A stretch of DNA of 64,000 nucleotides from a bacterium (lineage in GTDB: Bacteria > SZUA-182 > DTGQ01 > JAFGSM01). Position numbers and translations under genes: made by a program. This document shows positions 9,131 to 19,838 of this stretch, one piece after another; position 1 is the first letter of the stretch, and each line of letters begins with the position of its first letter. The stretch is taken from assembly GCA_049472315.1 (NCBI GenBank), contig JBLIRN010000001.1:128001-192000 (forward strand), read 5' to 3'. The notes beneath the pieces are model-generated. The model had not been told where the DNA came from. It made no database searches and saw nothing but the letters and a program-made list of their open reading frames with translations.

Positions 9131-11814
9131 CGTATTCCTCCCATCTGGATGGGCTCAATGCGAACAGCACATACCTTATATTCCGGTATCTTCGCGACGG
9201 GATCATAGCTGCCGATGGTCAAAAGGTTTGCGGCAGCCTCCCTGAAATGAAAGGGGATAAACACAATCCCCCTGGTAATCCTCTCCGTGACCTTCACCTC
9301 CAATTCCAGGGAACCTCTGCGAGAGGTAACCCGGGCGCGATCGCCGGCTTGCAGGGAAAGTTTCAATGCGTCCTCTGTATTTATTTCAATATAGGGGGCA
9401 GGGCATACCTCATTCAGGCCCTCCGATCGACGGGTCATGGTCCCGGTGTGAAAGTGGAAAAGCATCCTGCCGGTAGTCAAAATAAAGGGGTATTCCGCAT
9501 CAGTCGCCTCAGCAGGGGGAATATAATCCACGGGAAGGAACCTGGCCCTTCCCCTCGGGAAACGATCCACATGGAGGATGCTGGTACCCGGATGCTCGCC
9601 GTCGGGACAGGGCCACTGCACACCGTTATTGTCGAGCCGGTCATAGCGTATTCCCCCATAGATGGGGGTCAGGGAGGCAATCTCCTCCATGATCGCGCCG
9701 GGGTGGGCATAGTGCATCCGGTACCCCATCTCGTTTGCCATATCCTGGATGATCCGCCAGTCCGGGCGACTTTCCCCGGGTGGAGGTAACGCCTTTCGTA
9801 TGCGCTGGACCCGGCGCTCGGTATTGGTAAAGGTACCGTCCTTTTCCGCAAATGAGGCCCCAGGCAGCAGAACGTCCGCCTGTTCACCCGTTTCGGTGAT
9901 AAAGATGTCCTGCACCACCAGAAGATCGAGTTTTTTAAGGGCCTTGCGCACATGGGCGACATCCGGATCGGAGAGCAGGGGATTTTCCCCCATGATGAAC
10001 ATCGCCTTGATGGTCCCCTTTTCGATGCCTTCGACCATTTCGAGGACGGTGAGCCCCGCCTTGGGCGGGAGGGTAGCATTCCATGCCTTTTCGAACCGCT
10101 CCCTGACCGTCTGGTCCTCCACCGACTGATACCCGGGAAACACGTTGGGCAGGCATCCCATGTCGCACGCCCCCTGCACGTTGTTCTGACCCCGCAGGGG
10201 ATTGACCCCGCTGCCCGGCTTTCCCAGGTTTCCGGTCAAAAGCGCCAGGTCCGCCACCGCCTTGACATTGTCGGTGCCCGTGATGTGCTGGGTGATACCC
10301 ATGGCATAGAATATCGCAGCAGGCCTCCCCGAGGCGAACAGTCGCGCCGCCTGCATGACATCCTCCTTGGGCACCCCGGTGATCTCCTCCACCTTTTCGG
10401 GTGGATAGTGCTCAACGATCTTCTCGATCGCATCAAATCCTTCGGTCCGTGCCGCTATGAAATCGCTGTCCTGCAGCCCTTCATGGAGAATGACATACAT
10501 GAAGCCGTTGAGCAGGGCGATGTCGGTGCCGGGCCTCTGTTTGATGTGCAACGTCGCCCACCGGGCGAGTTCTATGGACCGGGGGTCCGCAATGATAAGG
10601 GATGCGCCCCTCCTCCTGACCGCCTCCTTGATCTTGAGGGCGATGATGGGGTGCGCCTCGGTGGTATTGGACCCGATCACCAGGATGGATCGTGCATCCG
10701 TAATGTCCGCAATTGAATTGGTCATTGCGCCGCTCCCCAGTGTGGCGACCAGACCGGCCACCGTGGGGGCGTGTCAGAGACGGGCGCAGTGATCCACATT
10801 ATTGGTGCCGATCACCGCGCGCATGAACTTTTGAAAGACGTAGTTCTCTTCATTGGTACATTTGGCCGAGCTCAGCCCGGCAATGGCATCCGGGCCATAG
10901 CGTTCCCGTATCTCCTTGAGCCTCGAGCTCACCACCTTCAAGGCCTGCGGCCAATCAATGGCCTTGAATCCCTTGTAGGTCTTCGCCATCGGGGAAAGAA
11001 GCCGCGTGTCGGCATGGACGAATTCATACCCGAATCTCCCCTTTGAGCACAGATAGCCGCTGTTGACGCTTTCCTCGGGGGAGGTCACCCCTACGATCCG
11101 GTCCTCCTTGACATGCAAGGTGAGCTGACACCCGCATCCGCAGTACGGACAGGTGGTCTGCACCTTTTGGGTTTGAACCTGCCGTCCCTTGAACCTCGAC
11201 ATTGCGGGAACCAGCGCTCCGGTGGGACAGGAGGCGATACACTGTCCGCAGAACTCACAGTTGAGGGGCTGGCTGAATGCGGTGCCGATTCTGGCATTGT
11301 ATCCCCTCCCCTGAAAGTCGATTGCCTTGACCCCTTGAACCTCGTCGCAGATTCGGACACACCGGCCGCAGAGGATGCATCGGCTGTGATCCCGTTCTAT
11401 GAAGGGGTTGGTAGCATCAACCGCAGGGAACACCTTATCTCCTTCAAACCGTATCCCTGAGAGCTGATATTCGTAAGCCAGGTCCTGCAGCTCGCACTGG
11501 CCGCTGCGCTCACAGGTGAGGCAATCCCCCGAATGAGCGGAAAAGATCAGCTCCAGGTTCATCCTCCGTGCCGTGTAAATCCTTTCGGACTGTGTGCGCA
11601 CCACCATCTTGTCGACGACCGGAGTGACACAGGAGGCAAGAAGTCGCGGGATCCCTTCAACCTCCACCAGACAGATCCGGCAGCCTCCGAAGGGGGTGAG
11701 ATCGCGATACTGGCACAATGTCGGGATATGTATTCCGTTGTTCTGCGCGGCCTCCAGGATGGTAGATCCCGGCTCTGCATAGACCCTCTTTCCATCTATG
11801 GTCAAACTGATCAT
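9127..11814 (-). CDS. fdhA: Selenocysteine-containing Mo/W formate dehydrogenase alpha subunit with an N-terminal NuoG-like FeS module (895 aa; joins track ORFs 10774..11814 and 9127..10761)
   Basis: In-frame TGA at 10774-10776 within [15 protein letters not shown]; both halves are in one frame; FeS motifs [36 protein letters not shown]. Confidence 0.95.
10731..10773 (-). promoter_or_regulatory. Bacterial SECIS element
   Basis: Directly 3' of the UGA: CACGCCCCCACGGUGGCCGGUCUGGUCGCCACACUGGGGAGCG; hairpin with GGUCU apical loop resembling the E. coli fdhF SECIS. Confidence 0.8.
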
Positions 11815-14800
11815 CGCTCGAATCCCATCATCTTTTCGAAATTACACTTGAGGCATCGCCGTGCCTCACGAATCGCCTTGTCCGGGGTGTATCCCTTCTT
11901 CACCTCGCTGAACCCCTTTACCCGTTGCCGGGCGCTCCGAAGGGGCATCGGCTCCCTCCGGGCGTCGCCCATTGATTCATCGACGTGCACATCATGGTAA
12001 AGGATGCGCTCGTTCGATATGACCCTCAGATGGCGTGATGAATGAGGCGATATATATTCGCTGATGGCCAGTGCGGCCTTCCTGCCTGCGGTTATTGCCT
12101 CGATGACCGTATTGGGACCGGTCACCACGTCCCCTCCGGCGAATATCATCGGATTGCAGGTGCTTCCGCTGATGAATTCGGCGGAGATCCTGTTGCCATT
12201 GCATATCTCCTTATGAATCCCCTCGGGGAGGAAGTTGAGATCCAGCCGCTGCCCGATTGCCCCGATGGCCGTATCGCAGGGGAGCAGATACTCGGTTCCC
12301 GGCAAGGGTACCGGCTTCCGCCTGCCATCCGGCCCGGTCTCTCCCAAGACTGCCTTCTGACATACCAGGCCGGTCATTTTTCCGTTCACGCCCTTGATCT
12401 CAAGGGGGATGGTGAGGAAGAGAAAGTTGACCCCCTCCTCCTCTGCCTCCAGGATCTCCTCGTCCAATGCGGGCATATCCTCCCGTTCCCTCCGGTAGCA
12501 GATGGTCACCTCCTTCGCCCCCAGCCGCAATGCAGTCCGCGCGGCATCGGTGGCCACATTCCCGCCCCCGATCACGCATACACGGTTCCCCACCGCGGGC
12601 CTCTTGCCGAAACTCACCTGGCTGAGGAAGGAGAGGCCGTCCCACACCCCCTCCAGGTCATTACCCGGCATTGTCAGGGGAATACCCACCGGGGCACCGA
12701 CGGCGATGTAGATGGCCCGGTAGTCGGCATTCAACAGCGATTCAAAGGGGATATCCCTTCCGATCTTCGTGGAGGTCTTCAGCTCAGCGATCCAGGGAAG
12801 AATGAGCTGGATCTCTTGGTCAAGGGCCCTCTTGGGAAGGCGGTAGTCAGGAATGGCCCAGGAGAGCATCCCGCCGAGCACCGGCATCGCCTCAAACAGG
12901 GTGACCCGGAATCCCAATCGCCCCAAAAAATAGGCCGCGGTCAGGCCGGATGGACCGCCGCCGATGACCGCCACCCTCTCGCTCTTCCACTTGATATTAG
13001 CGGTAGGCACGGCAGGGTAGGTATCGCCGTAGTCCGCAGCCACCCGCTTGAGATCTGCGATGGCAATCGGGTCGTCAATCTCACCCCGCCGGCATTTCAC
13101 CTGACAGGGATGGTTGCAGACCCTGCCGCACACGCCGGGGAAGGGGTTCTTCTCCCGCACCACCGCGAGTGCCTCGGAAAAACGCCCCTCTGCAATGAGA
13201 TTTACATAGTTCGGCACATCGGTCCCCAGGGGGCAGACATGCTCACAGGGGGAGAGAAAGAGCATCTCGCAGGATGCCGATGGACATTTCTGGTAGAGAA
13301 TGTGAGTTTCGTATTCATCGCGGAAATAGCGCAGCGTGGAGAGCACCGGATTGGGCGCGGTCTGGCCCAGTCCGCACAGAGCGGTGTTCTTGATGTGGAC
13401 GGCGAGTTCCTCGAGCAGGTCGAGATCGCTCATCCTTCCTTGCCCTTCGGTGATCCTGACCAGGATCTCGAGCATCCTCTTCGTGCCCACACGGCAGGGT
13501 ATGCATTTGCCGCACGACTCGCTCTGGACGAATTCGAGGAAATAACGGGCGATATCCACCATGCAGGTGTTCTCATCCATGACGATCATGCCGCCTGAAC
13601 CCATGATGGCCCCAAGGTCCTGGAGTGAATCATAGTCGATGGGGGTATCGAGGTGCTGGGCTGGAATGCATCCCCCTGAGGGCCCGCCGAGCTGCACGGC
13701 CTTGAATTTTCTCCCCTTGGGAATGCCCCCTCCGATGTTATAGATCACATCCCGAAGGCTCGTCCCGAGGGGTACCTCCACGAGCCCGGTGTTATTTATC
13801 TTCCCTGCAAGGGCGAATATCTTGGTGCCCTTGCTCTTGTCGGTACCGACCTCCGCATAGCCCTTCGCCCCTTCGAGGATGATGAGGGGCACATTGGCGA
13901 AGGTCTCGACGTTGTTGATATTGGTCGGTTTTCCCCACACGCCCTGATGGGCTGGAAAGGGTGGGCGCGAGCGGGGCATCCCCCTTTTCCCCTCGATGGA
14001 TGCGATCAATGCGGTCTCCTCGCCGCACACAAACGCCCCTGCGCCCTGTTTTATTCTCAGGTCGAAGGAAAAATCGGTGCCCAGGATGCGGTCCCCGATA
14101 AGGCCGATGGATTCCGCCTGCTCGATGGCGATCAGCAGGTGGCGAATGGCGAGGGGATACTCCGCACGCACATAGATGTAGCCGTGCTCACTGCCGATGG
14201 CATAGGCGGCGATCAGCATCCCCTCGATGACCGCGTGGGGATTCCCTTCGAGGATACTACGGTCCATGAAGGCGCCGGGGTCACCCTCGTCTGCGTTGCA
14301 GATCACGTACTTGGGCTCACCGTGGGCCTTCCGGCAAAACTCCCATTTCAGGCCGGTGAGGAAACCCCCTCCGCCCCGCCCTCGAAGCCCTGCATCCTTT
14401 ACCTCCTCGATGACATCACCGGGTGACATCTCAAAGAGCGCCTTCACCAGGCCCTGGTATCCGTCAACGGTGATGTACGCCTCTATATCGGTGGGATCGA
14501 TATTGCCGTTGTATTTGAATACCTTCCGCATCTGTCCGGCATAAAAGGGGACGTCATGGGTATGGGTGCACCTCTTCCCTGTCTGAGGGTCCCGGTAGAG
14601 GAGCCGTTCAACAAGTTCGCCCTTTTGGATGGTTCTTTCTATGACCTCGGGCACATCCTCAACGGCGACCTTGTTGTAGAAGTAGTCTTCGGGCAGGATG
14701 GTAACAATGGGACCCCTTTCACAGAAGCCATGACACCCGGTCTTTCTCACCGTGACCGTATCGGCAAGGCCCCGTTTCTCCACCTCTTTCCTGAAGGCCT

Positions 14801-14936
14801 CAATGACATCCGCGCTTCCGAATGCGCTGCACCCGGTGCTCCCGCAGATCGAGATGATCCTCCCCTTTGGGTCCTGGCGGGCCTTAAGCTTCTCCCTGAA
14901 GGCGGCAAAGCCTTTTCGTGAGTTGATCCGTTTCAT
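11811..14936 (-). CDS. NuoF/HydB-like FMN-NADH subunit fused to a C-terminal GltD/NfnB-like FAD-NADPH domain
   Basis: GLRGRGGGGF, CNADEGDPGAFMDR, GAFVCGEETAL, ESCGKCIPC; then CGRVCNHPC, GGGPSGLTAA, IGGGNVATDAAR, YRRERE, EARRCLKC. Confidence 0.9.
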   Translation of the reverse strand: MKRINSRKGFAAFREKLKARQDPKGRIISICGSTGCSAFGSADVIEAFRKEVEKRGLADTVTVRKTGCHGFCERGPIVTILPEDYFYNKVAVEDVPEVIERTIQKGELVERLLYRDPQTGKRCTHTHDVPFYAGQMRKVFKYNGNIDPTDIEAYITVDGYQGLVKALFEMSPGDVIEEVKDAGLRGRGGGGFLTGLKWEFCRKAHGEPKYVICNADEGDPGAFMDRSILEGNPHAVIEGMLIAAYAIGSEHGYIYVRAEYPLAIRHLLIAIEQAESIGLIGDRILGTDFSFDLRIKQGAGAFVCGEETALIASIEGKRGMPRSRPPFPAHQGVWGKPTNINNVETFANVPLIILEGAKGYAEVGTDKSKGTKIFALAGKINNTGLVEVPLGTSLRDVIYNIGGGIPKGRKFKAVQLGGPSGGCIPAQHLDTPIDYDSLQDLGAIMGSGGMIVMDENTCMVDIARYFLEFVQSESCGKCIPCRVGTKRMLEILVRITEGQGRMSDLDLLEELAVHIKNTALCGLGQTAPNPVLSTLRYFRDEYETHILYQKCPSASCEMLFLSPCEHVCPLGTDVPNYVNLIAEGRFSEALAVVREKNPFPGVCGRVCNHPCQVKCRRGEIDDPIAIADLKRVAADYGDTYPAVPTANIKWKSERVAVIGGGPSGLTAAYFLGRLGFRVTLFEAMPVLGGMLSWAIPDYRLPKRALDQEIQLILPWIAELKTSTKIGRDIPFESLLNADYRAIYIAVGAPVGIPLTMPGNDLEGVWDGLSFLSQVSFGKRPAVGNRVCVIGGGNVATDAARTALRLGAKEVTICYRREREDMPALDEEILEAEEEGVNFLFLTIPLEIKGVNGKMTGLVCQKAVLGETGPDGRRKPVPLPGTEYLLPCDTAIGAIGQRLDLNFLPEGIHKEICNGNRISAEFISGSTCNPMIFAGGDVVTGPNTVIEAITAGRKAALAISEYISPHSSRHLRVISNERILYHDVHVDESMGDARREPMPLRSARQRVKGFSEVKKGYTPDKAIREARRCLKCNFEKMMGFER

Positions 14937-14996
14937 TCTATGCCCGTGCCTTGCTCAGCATGTTTAATGGTTCTTCATGATCGAACGGGGGGCACT

Positions 14997-15551
14997 CTAC
15001 CCCTTGTCCTCGTACTGCTCCAGGATGCGCAGGATCTTTTGAGGATTTTGATTCCCGTAGTAATTCTGATTGATCACCACGACGGGTGCCAGTGCGCAGG
15101 CACCGAGGCAGGCGACCGTCTCGAGGGTGAATCTGAGATCCGGCGAGGTCTCCCCGTCGCAGAGTCCCAGTTTGTCCTGCACCGCCTTGAACACGGCCTT
15201 TCCGCCCTTCACGTGGCAGGCGGTCCCCCTGCAGGTGCGGATGACATATTTCCCCCGTGGCTCGGTATGAAACTGGGCGTAAAAGGTAACCACGCCGTAA
15301 ATGGTTGAGGAGGGGATACCTAGTTCCTGGGAGATATACATTACCGGCATCTCCGGCACATACCCGAAGATCTCCTGGACCTCCTGGAGGATGGGGATGG
15401 AGGCCCCATCCTTTCCCCGATAGCGATCAACCAGTTCCTTCAACTGCCGGTGCTGGGGATCGTCGTGATCAAGCCTGATATGAGGGAGAAGGGGATAGCA
15501 CCCCCTTCTTTGCATGGTACCCCCTGCCTGATCGGTCGGTGCCTTGTTCAT
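14997..15551 (-). CDS. NuoE/HydC-like 2Fe-2S subunit of the FDH complex
   Basis: YGVVTFYAQF, CRGTACH, ACLGACALAP; start position uncertain. Confidence 0.9.
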   Translation of the reverse strand: MNKAPTDQAGGTMQRRGCYPLLPHIRLDHDDPQHRQLKELVDRYRGKDGASIPILQEVQEIFGYVPEMPVMYISQELGIPSSTIYGVVTFYAQFHTEPRGKYVIRTCRGTACHVKGGKAVFKAVQDKLGLCDGETSPDLRFTLETVACLGACALAPVVVINQNYYGNQNPQKILRILEQYEDKG

Positions 15552-15651
15552 GCCTCATCCTCGATACGGTGAGGGCAGGCGCATTCCTTGAGCCTGCCTC
15601 GTTACCATGGCGCCGTGCGCCGTATATATGCTTTCCTTTCCGGGTGCCCCG

Positions 15652-17856
15652 CTACATGAGCGGCGGCAGGTTGAGGGCTGGATGGTTGACCTTTTGCATG
15701 TACTCCATGACCTCTTCCTCGGTGGTTGCCACATCCTCGTCGGCGATCACGGTGAAAAAGTCGATCCCCAGTTCCTTGCCCCTTCTCTCCAGTATCGGCC
15801 TGATCTCCTCCTTCAGTATCTTCGGCATCCAGGCAATCCTGACCAGCCCGCCTTCGGATGATATGAACTTCTTGCTCCCGATGTAGTGTTTGCTGTGCCC
15901 CACGAACCCGGGGGTCTGCAGACCTCCCCCCACCGATCCGGCGAGGGTCGAGAACTTCATTCCCACCGGGGTCATGCCGGCGAACTCCCTGTTGACCGTC
16001 ATGACCGCATTGGCCACCGGGAGGACACCGGAGATACACTCGAAGCACCCGCAGGACGTCATGGGATCCTCCATGATGCTGTAGGCATTGAATCGCTCAA
16101 GGCTGCCCCGGGAGGCGTTCACGATGAACTCATTGACCCCCTTCCACTGCCCCTTTTCGCTGTCGATGGTATCCCCTCTCTTGATGGGCTGGTTGGGGCC
16201 CGTGGGATCGATCTGGTGGGCCGCCTTTCCGTCCAGCCAGTTGTAGGCGCCGCACAGGCCGCTTCGTTCCGGGGTGATCACACACACATGATTGGGAGCG
16301 AAGGATTGGCACAGGGTGCAGGAATAATAGGTATCGGTGGATTCATCCGTCATGGCGCTTATACGATCATCCCTGAAATGATATGTCTTTTTCGCCTCGT
16401 CCTTGAGCCTGAGCACATCCTCCTCATTGGTATAGATGGTGACCTGCACCTTGTCCAGGATCGCTGCATAATCGTTGTGCAGCTTTGCATGGATGAAGGA
16501 CCCGATGTGGTGGAGCTTGAACCCCTTTTTGTGCGCATCCTTGCTGATCCTCACCCAGATGATATCCCGCTGTCCCATGTGGAACACCCCCTGGGCCTCG
16601 TTGAAGAGCTTGTGAATCTGCCGCTCCAGAATGGGCTCGAAGTCCTGCTGCATCTTCCTGCCCGCCACATCCACCACCACTGCAAGGGGTATCTGGGCAC
16701 CCTCCTTCACGTCGTCGATCTCAGGGCCGACCACCTCGATCTTACCGTCCTCCACCTCATCCATATCCTTCATGCGCAGGTACTCGAAGGCAGGGGTCTT
16801 CGTGCCTCCCATCTCCACGTAGGTGTCCTCCTTGCGGACCCGCTCCCCTTCGAATGCCGGTCCGTACGCCACGGGAACCGGCACCTTGGCGATGGTGATC
16901 TTGAGCCCCCGCACCTGGATGGCCCGTGCGACCATCTGGTCATGAGGAATATTGGAGACCACGTGTTCGTAGGTACATACGCCGGTAGGGAGGATCTCCG
17001 GGATCGGGGTGTCGGCGATGGTGGGAAATCCATAGTTGATGGCCCCTGCGGCCTGGGCGTACTTCTCGTCATCCACCTCGCCCAGGGCAAGGACAAAGGC
17101 GAATATACGGTCCTTGTTGTAGTGCAGGATCTTTGTGAAATCACCTCCCTTGGCGCCGCCAAAGGACATGGCCGCCCGGGTGGCAAACCCGATGGCGAAC
17201 ACGGCCGCCGTGATATCCTTGCCGAAGGGCACCAGCCTGGTCTCCCACCCCATCTGCACGCCCTCTTCCCGCAACTGCTCCGCCATATTCTTTCCATCCG
17301 TTTCCCCGGCCATGAACACGTACAGATTCTTCTCCTGGAGCTCCCGGGCGATCTTCACCGCAATCTCGTTGGTGGGCGCGGCACCCACGCAGGCGGCAAA
17401 CCCCGGGGCCGACCCGTCCACGAATTCGATACCGCGTTTGCGCATGATGATGTCGTCCGCGGCACCCAGCCATATGGGACCCTCTTCGGGACAGTTTTCC
17501 GTGATGGAGTACGGCGCGGGATTGTGGAGATACTTGATGCTCTCGATGATCTCGTCGGAGAACAGGGTGGCCATTCCCGCGTCCAGGGTGTGGCCCAGAT
17601 AGGGAAGCCAGAGGGACTTGGATGGCACCGGTGGAAGGAGCCCCTTGATCCGCTCCATGACCTGCTCCATATCCCCCAGTTTTTCCACCTTGATCCCGAG
17701 AATGCCATAGATAACCGGCAGGTAATATCCGGTATTGGGGAATTCCACCTTCTTGTCCTTACCGAATTCCTTGATAGCCCCCGCGAGGGCCTTTTCCGCC
17801 CGTTCGGCAATCGTATGCGCGCCCCTGATGGCGGCACTGGCAATTATCTTTGACAT
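15652..17856 (-). CDS. acsB: Acetyl-CoA synthase (bacterial-type AcsB)
   Basis: FPNTGYYLP, CTLCQSFAPNHVC, GLCGAYNWLD, PMTSCGCFEC A-cluster motifs. Confidence 0.97.
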   Translation of the reverse strand: MSKIIASAAIRGAHTIAERAEKALAGAIKEFGKDKKVEFPNTGYYLPVIYGILGIKVEKLGDMEQVMERIKGLLPPVPSKSLWLPYLGHTLDAGMATLFSDEIIESIKYLHNPAPYSITENCPEEGPIWLGAADDIIMRKRGIEFVDGSAPGFAACVGAAPTNEIAVKIARELQEKNLYVFMAGETDGKNMAEQLREEGVQMGWETRLVPFGKDITAAVFAIGFATRAAMSFGGAKGGDFTKILHYNKDRIFAFVLALGEVDDEKYAQAAGAINYGFPTIADTPIPEILPTGVCTYEHVVSNIPHDQMVARAIQVRGLKITIAKVPVPVAYGPAFEGERVRKEDTYVEMGGTKTPAFEYLRMKDMDEVEDGKIEVVGPEIDDVKEGAQIPLAVVVDVAGRKMQQDFEPILERQIHKLFNEAQGVFHMGQRDIIWVRISKDAHKKGFKLHHIGSFIHAKLHNDYAAILDKVQVTIYTNEEDVLRLKDEAKKTYHFRDDRISAMTDESTDTYYSCTLCQSFAPNHVCVITPERSGLCGAYNWLDGKAAHQIDPTGPNQPIKRGDTIDSEKGQWKGVNEFIVNASRGSLERFNAYSIMEDPMTSCGCFECISGVLPVANAVMTVNREFAGMTPVGMKFSTLAGSVGGGLQTPGFVGHSKHYIGSKKFISSEGGLVRIAWMPKILKEEIRPILERRGKELGIDFFTVIADEDVATTEEEVMEYMQKVNHPALNLPPLM

Positions 17857-19781
17857 TTTTCCAGTTCCCTCCTCATAGCCATGTCATACAAGACCCTCTC
17901 CCGCTTTTGCTGGATCCCAAGGGCTTCTCTCTTCTTGTTGATGTGATCGATCATCAGTTGGGCCATCTTGTACGGATCCGTTTCAACCGCCCAATTGCCC
18001 CCCAATTCCTTTCCCAATTCATTGAAGAGGTAGTTGCTGAATTCCCTGCTCCCCATGACCGGGAGCCCCACGCCGAATACCGTGAAAACGCCGCTTGCCA
18101 CGAAGTAGTGGCCGATGGAGATGGCCTTCTCGCTCATCCACTCCGGTGCGGCACCGGCAACGGGAAGATCGCTGATGTCCTTGCCCAGCCCTCCCTCGGC
18201 AACCATGTGGCAGGCAGCCACCAGGATACGGCTGTTGTCCACGCAGGACCCGCTGTGGAGCACGGGAGGCATTCCCACCGCCTCGCATACCTCACGAAGT
18301 CCCGGACCTGCATACTTAATGGCCTCTGGGATTAAAAGCCCTTCCTTGCCGCAGGCGATCGCGCTGCAGCCGGTCTGGACCACCAGCACATTGTTCTTGA
18401 TAAGCTCCTTCACCACCGTGGTGTGGATGCTGTCATGGCATGACTTGGGATTGTTGCACCCGACCACGCCCGCCACCCCGAGGATCCTTCCGTCGATGAT
18501 GGCATCGTTCAGCGGTCGGTACGAGGAGCGGAACATGCCGCCCAGCATGTAGTTGATGGTCTCGTGACTGAATCCCACCACCACGTCCATGGTCTCCTTC
18601 GGGATATTGACCTCGCCGCGGTTCTGGTAGTTCTCGATGGCCACGTTGACGATCTCCTTTGCGGTGTTGATGGGATCGTGCTCGTCGAACTCAAGGTGCA
18701 TTGCACCGGGCATCTTGGCCTTTTCCGTGGTGGTGATGATCTTTGTATGGAAACATTGCGCCACCTCTGGCAGGGACTGCATGATGCACTGGATATCCAC
18801 GATCATTGCATCCACCGCGCCGGTCATGATGGCGAGCTCCTGCTGGAGGAAATTGCCTGCCACGGGAATACCGTGACGCAACAGGATCTCATTGGCGGTA
18901 CAGCAGATCCCGGCGATATTGATCCCCTTGGCGCCCTTTTCCTTGGCCTTCTTCACCATCTCGTTATCCTGGGCCACCTTCACGATCATCTCGGAAAGCA
19001 GCGGCTCATGCCCGTGGACGATGATATTGACCTCGTCCTTTTTCAATACCCCGAGGTTGGTCTTTGCCCTGACCGGGATCGGGGTGCCGAACATGACGTC
19101 CTGCAGTTCGGTGGCGATCATGGACCCGCCCCAGCCGTCGCCGAGGGCCGCCCTGCTCCCCTGTTTCATCAGGTTCCTGTATTCCTGGTCAACACCCATG
19201 TGGGTGCGGTGCATAATCTCTACAATCTCCCGGTCGATGCCCCGGGGGGCGACACCCAGGCTTTTCCAGAGCTCCTGCCTGGCCTGAGGCGCCCTCTTCA
19301 AAAAGGGCAGGGCACCCTCTTGCCTGCCGAACTCCGCCAGGCATATCTTTCCGACCTCCTCGGCAATCTGATTCTTGTTTTTCCCCTCCGTTTGTACCCC
19401 GAGTTCCTCCGCAAGTGCCATCAGCTTTCTGACGTCCTTGATCTCATAGCCGGGGATTTCGCCGCGGGCGGTGGCCAGGAATGCCTGGGCCACACCCCGG
19501 CCGTGGTCGGAGTGGGCTGCGGCTCCCGCCGCGATCATGCGTATGAAATTGCGCGCAACGATGGTTTCTGCGGTCGCCCCGCACACACCCCGCTGGGCAC
19601 CTTCACCAAATGGATCTATCCGGCAGGGCCCCATAAAACAGTTCCGGCAGCAGATACCGAGCTCCCCGAAACCGCAGGGGGGTGACTGTTCATCCTGCCT
19701 TGTCCACGCCGTTTTCACCCTTTGTTCGGCGGCCTTGACTATCATAGAACAACTGGCAGCATCGACGCTCTTCTTATCCAT
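17844..19781 (-). CDS. cooS: Ni-CO dehydrogenase catalytic subunit (AcsA/CooS)
   Basis: CCRNCFMGPC, HSDHGR, HGHEP, ICCTANE, GCNNPK, GSCVDNSR, PEWMSEKA. Confidence 0.97.
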   Translation of the reverse strand: MDKKSVDAASCSMIVKAAEQRVKTAWTRQDEQSPPCGFGELGICCRNCFMGPCRIDPFGEGAQRGVCGATAETIVARNFIRMIAAGAAAHSDHGRGVAQAFLATARGEIPGYEIKDVRKLMALAEELGVQTEGKNKNQIAEEVGKICLAEFGRQEGALPFLKRAPQARQELWKSLGVAPRGIDREIVEIMHRTHMGVDQEYRNLMKQGSRAALGDGWGGSMIATELQDVMFGTPIPVRAKTNLGVLKKDEVNIIVHGHEPLLSEMIVKVAQDNEMVKKAKEKGAKGINIAGICCTANEILLRHGIPVAGNFLQQELAIMTGAVDAMIVDIQCIMQSLPEVAQCFHTKIITTTEKAKMPGAMHLEFDEHDPINTAKEIVNVAIENYQNRGEVNIPKETMDVVVGFSHETINYMLGGMFRSSYRPLNDAIIDGRILGVAGVVGCNNPKSCHDSIHTTVVKELIKNNVLVVQTGCSAIACGKEGLLIPEAIKYAGPGLREVCEAVGMPPVLHSGSCVDNSRILVAACHMVAEGGLGKDISDLPVAGAAPEWMSEKAISIGHYFVASGVFTVFGVGLPVMGSREFSNYLFNELGKELGGNWAVETDPYKMAQLMIDHINKKREALGIQQKRERVLYDMAMRRELEKCQR

Positions 19782-19838
19782 GAGCTCCTCCTCGAAACCT
19801 CCTTGTATTGAAAGACAGATTACGTTTGTTTCCCTGTT

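Noticed and set aside
10761..10776. FDH as a pseudogene or two separate genes
   Set aside because: The stop is an in-frame UGA at the catalytic position followed by a SECIS-like hairpin
14937..14999. Read-through of the nuoE TAG into the in-frame nuoF-gltD gene (pyrrolysine or fusion)
   Set aside because: An in-frame TAA lies in the 60-bp spacer
15886..17853. Long plus-strand ORFs (also 12042..13598, 21129..22820, 39037..40671, 26847..28028)
   Set aside because: They lie antisense to well-supported genes, have no motifs, and are the expected shadow ORFs of GC-rich coding DNA
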